64,000 nt of DNA, taken from NCBI RefSeq assembly GCF_009914755.1, contig NC_060926.1. One strand, written 5' to 3'. The stretch is from the human T2T-CHM13v2.0 reference genome, Homo sapiens. Both the position numbers and the translations under genes were made by a program. This document shows, piece after piece, positions 59,928-64,000 of the stretch; the first letter of the stretch is position 1, and every line of letters begins with the position of its first letter. The notes under the pieces were generated by a model. It had not been told where the DNA came from. It worked only from the letters and a program-made list of their open reading frames with translations, and made no database searches.

Positions 59928-60594
59928 TTTTATTTTATTTTACTGATTTATTTTTGAGACAATCTGGTTCTGTCACTGAGGCTAGAGTGCAGTAGTGGGT
60001 CAAGGTTCACTGCAACTTTGACCTCCTGGGCTGAAGTGATCCTTCCACCTTAGCCTCTCAAGTAGTGGGGACTACAGGTATGTAACACCACACCTGCCTA
60101 CTTTTTAATTTTATTTTAGAGATGGAAGTCTTACTATGTTGCCCAGGCTGCTCTCAAATTCCTGGACTGATATGGTTTGACTGTGTTCCCACCAAAATCT
60201 CAACTTGAATTTTAATTCAAATTATAATCCCCGCATATTAGGGGAGGGACCTTGTCGGAGGTGATTAGATCATTGGGGCAGTTCTCCCATGCTGTTCGCG
60301 TGATAGTGAGTTCTCACGAGATGTGATGGTTCTACAAGGGGCTTCCCCCTTCACTCAGCACTCACTCTCCTGCCACCCTGTGAAGAGGTGCCTTCTGTCA
60401 TGATTGTAAGTTTCCTGAGTCCACCCCAGCCATGCAGAACTATACATAAATTAAACCTCTTTTTTTTTAACATATAAATTACCCAGTCTTAGATATTTCT
60501 TCACAGCACCATGAGAATGGATTAATACAAGTGATTTTACTGCCTTGGCCTCCCAAAGTTCTGGCATTACTGGCATGAGCTACAGCATCTGGCC
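59928..60594 (-). mobile_element. AluJ interrupted by a THE1 LTR
   Basis: Alu halves at 59928-60167 and 60530-60594; TSD tagcttta. Confidence 0.9.
60168..60529 (+). mobile_element. THE1C/D-type solo LTR nested in AluJ
   Basis: tgatatggtttgactgtg...ttaataca, 362 bp. Confidence 0.9.
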
Positions 60595-60888
60595 TTAGCT
60601 TTAGATTAGAAACATAAATCATTTTTAGAGTAGTACATTTTGTTAAGCCAAATAATTGCAAATAAAAATACTCAACTCTATAATGGCAATCTAGTCAAAC
60701 TATAAACAAAAGTAAAAGGAGAGTGACAAGATGGGAAAGTACTTTCGAGACATATTGAAGTGAAAGGGTTAATTTCCTTGAGATAATACAGAAGTCATAA
60801 TTAAGTTAAAGGCATCATAAAGATGACTATTGGTTAGAAAAGTTTCTGAACATTTCTTAATAGTCAGAAAAGTAAAGTCACACAGAAA

Positions 60889-60892
<4 letters not shown>

Positions 60893-60922
<30 letters not shown>
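60893..60922. repeat. (CA)15 microsatellite
   Basis: Visible directly. Confidence 0.95.
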
Positions 60923-60923
<1 letters not shown>

Positions 60924-61879
60924 TCAAATACCAAATGCAAAACAAGTTCACTCTGATAAACAATAAAACAAATAGAAAATAATAAAAAATAACCTCCTAC
61001 TATCTCCACCACAGGCCCAAATCATCAACAATTCTTATAGTTTACTTTCAAGATAAATGGAGATTCTGTCTCCTGTGACCTCCCTCGTCTGAAGCACTAT
61101 CATCACTCACCTAACTATTGAAAGAAATCTCTACAATCCCACTCTTTCTCTTTGCCAATCTATTCTACACTGAACAGCCAAGATGATGTTTTAAAAATAT
61201 CATAAACTATGTCATTGCTCTGCTCAATGCTTTTCTTGGGGCAGCTCCTTTTTGAGAGGGCAGCACAAGATATACTCTTGGCAGATGCTGGGTGGCAACT
61301 GAGCAATATGCTCATATATTTCTACTTCTTAGATATTTAGAAGTGTGTTGCAAGTTGGAACACTTGTCTCCTTTTCAAATGGACATATTACAGGCTTGCA
61401 TAGGGACACAGTATGTTACTAAAGGTGCAGACCAACACAGAGAAAGTTGTAAATAGTATTTTCCTTTGTGACAACCCTAAATATACATTCAGGAATAGCT
61501 AGTAAGATTAAAATTTGCTTCTCTGAAACTCAGGAACAAGCATCCTAGTCCCACTGCCCTACAGCCCTCCTTTATTTACAACTTCTGTCTGCTACTCTGA
61601 TGAAGTCAGGATCAAGATGGTTCTTTTTGGAGTTCCTTTCGTTTATTACAGAACAGACATCAAGTGAATCCTTGGGTTAATTTCTCTTCTCTCATCCAGC
61701 TGACAGTATATTTTAGAGAAATTTCTTAGAGTATTATTCAGGCAGATGGCATTTTTAAAGGTACTATAGTCTTGAAACAAATTAATTAAAATTTAGCAGC
61801 TGGAAACACCTAATTTGTTGGGCACACTGATTCTGGGAAAAGAAATATGAAAGGAGTACAGTGGGAGTGGGTTAACTTT

Positions 61880-62060
61880 GCTTTACATTGTGACCTCAGC
61901 TGGGAGCCAAAAGGATGAGAATGACTCTGAAAGCTTCTTCACTCCCATGACTGGTACCTGGGATTGGATAGCTTGACCACTATGGCTAGTGACTAGAGCT
62001 ATGAAAGGCTTCTCCATGTGGCTTGGCTTCCTTACAACATGGCTGACTTATTTAGTAGCT
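61880..62060 (-). mobile_element. Ancient MLT1-type LTR fragment
   Basis: ggcttctccatgtggcttggcttccttacaacatggctg motif. Confidence 0.55.
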
Positions 62061-62063
62061 GGT

Positions 62064-64000
62064 TGATATGGTTTGGCTGTGTCCCCACTCAAATCTTATC
62101 TTGAAATTCCACATGTTATGGGAGAGACTCAGTGAAAAGTAATTGAAACATGGGGGCAGGTCTTTCCTGTGCTGTTCTTACGATAGTGAGTGAGTCTCAT
62201 GAGATCTGAAGGCATTATAAGGGGGAGTTTCCCTGCAAAAGCCCTATCCTCTTGTCTGCCACCATGTGAGACATGCATTTCATCCTCTGCCATAATTTTG
62301 AGGCCTCCCCAGCCATGTGAAACTTGTAAGTCCAATAAACATCTTCCTTTGGTAAATTGCCCAGTCTCAGGTATGTCTTTATCAGCAGTGTGAAAATGAA
62401 CTCATACAGTAAATCGATACCAGTAGAGTGGGGCACTGCTGAACAGATACCCTAAAATGTGGTAGTGACTTTGGAACTGGGTAACAGGCAGGGTTTGGAA
62501 CAGTTTGAAGGGCTCAGAATAACATAGGAAAATGGGTGAAGGTTTGGAACTTCCTAGAGACTTGTTGAATGGCTTTGCCCAAAATATTGATAGTGATATC
62601 AACAATAAGGTCCAGGCTATGGTGGTCTTAGATGGAAATGAGGAACTTGTTGGGAACTGGAGCAAAGGTGACTCTTGTTATGTTTTAGCAAAGAGACAGG
62701 TGGCATTTTGCCCCTGCCCTAGAGATTTGTGGAACTTTGAACTTGAGAGAAGACGATTAGGGGTATCTGGTGGAAAAAAATTCTAAGCAGCAAAGCATTC
62801 AAGAGGTGACTTGAGTGCTATTAAAGGCATTCAGTTTTATAAGGAAAGCACAGCATAAAAGTTCAGAAAATTTGCAGCCTGACAATGCATTAGAAAAGAA
62901 AATCCCATTTTGTGAGGAGAAATTCAAGCCCACTGCAGAAATTTGCATAAGTAATGAGGACCCGAATGTTAATCCCCAAGACAATGGGGAGAATGTCACC
63001 AGGACATGTCAGAGGTTTTCACAGCAGCCCCTCCCATCACAGGCCTGGAGGCCTAGGAGGAAAACATGGTTTCATGGGCCAAGCCCAAGTTCCCCATGCT
63101 GTGTGCAGCCTAGAGACTTGATGCCCTGCATCCCAGTCACTCCAGCGGTTGGTCGAAAGGGACCAAAATATAGCTTCAGAGGGTGCAAACCTCAAGCCTT
63201 GGCAGCTTCCATGTGGTGTTGAGCCTGCAAGTGCACAGAACTCAAGAATTGAGGTTTGGGAACCTCTGCCTAGATTTCAGAAGATATATGGAAATGCCTG
63301 GATGCCCAGGCAGAAGTTTGCTGCAGGGGCAGGGTTCTCATGGAGAACCTCTGCTAGGGCAGTGCTGAAGGGAAATGTGGGGTAGGAGCCTCCACACAGA
63401 GTCCCTACTGGGGCACCACCTAATGGAGCTGTGAGAAGAGGGCCACTGTCCTCCAGACCCCAGAATGGTAGATCCACTGCCAGCTTGCACCATGTGCCAG
63501 GAAAAGCCACAGAGAGAGTCAATGCCAGCCCATGAAAGCAGCCAGGTGGGAGGCTGTGACATTCAAAGCCACAGGGGCAGAGCTGCCCAAGACCGTGGGA
63601 ACCCACCTCTTGCATCAGCGTGACCTGGGTGTGAGACATGGAGTCAAAGGAGATCATTTTGGAGCTTAAAGATTTGACTGCCCCACTGGAATTTTGACTT
63701 GCATGGGGCCTGTGGCCCCTTTGTTTTGGCCAACATCTCCCATTTGGAATGGCTGTATTTACCCAGTGCCTTGTATCTAGGAAGTAACTAACTTGCTTTT
63801 GATTTTACAGGCTCATAGGTGGAAGGGACTTGCCTTGTCTCAGGTGAGACACTGGACCTGTGGACTTTTGAGTTAATGCTGGAATGAGTTAAGACTTTGG
63901 GGGACTGTTGGGAAGGCATAATTTGTTTTGAAATGTGAGGACATGAGACTTGGGGCGGCCAGAGCAGAATGATATGCTTTGGCTGTGTCCCCACCCAAAT
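62064..64000 (+). mobile_element. THE1A/B MaLR element: 5' LTR 62064-62408, internal 62409-63969, 3' LTR from 63970 (cut by window end)
   Basis: THE1 LTR consensus match, THE1-int sequence, second LTR start tgatatgctttggctgtgtccccaccc. Confidence 0.93.

Noticed and set aside
62402-63994. Dense overlapping ORFs up to 135 aa (similarly 44093-45849)
   Set aside because: MaLR internal sequence with frameshifts; no intact ORF

Overview
AT-rich, repeat-dense primate genomic DNA, almost certainly human. The only supported protein-coding gene is LRRTM4 (leucine-rich repeat transmembrane neuronal 4; human 2p12 from recall) on the minus strand. It has a first exon (~27386-27119), a 151-nt second exon carrying ATG-G (26829-26679) and one large coding exon (24875-23323). 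That exon ends in GAG|GTATGA, which is both a splice donor (long isoform; last exon outside the window) and Val-stop (518-aa short isoform ending in the PDZ ligand ECEV). Positions 1 to ~21 kb are the intron of the long isoform, and >27.4 kb is upstream DNA filled with L1, L2, MIR, Alu/FAM, hAT/mariner MITEs and LTR elements (MER50, LTR8A, full-length MSTA, THE1). I find no convincing new multi-gene system. The most interesting signals are: (i) an exon-2 skip/include switch that makes the exon-1 ATG either the main start (MPGFH...) or a uORF start, with six further uATGs in exon 2; (ii) the donor/stop overlap competing with intronic polyadenylation; (iii) a 241-bp near-perfect palindrome with a 4x23-bp tandem-repeat core, next to a second templated-duplication structure at 16.4-16.9 kb. 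Repeat subfamily names were recognised by eye and boundaries of old repeats are approximate.
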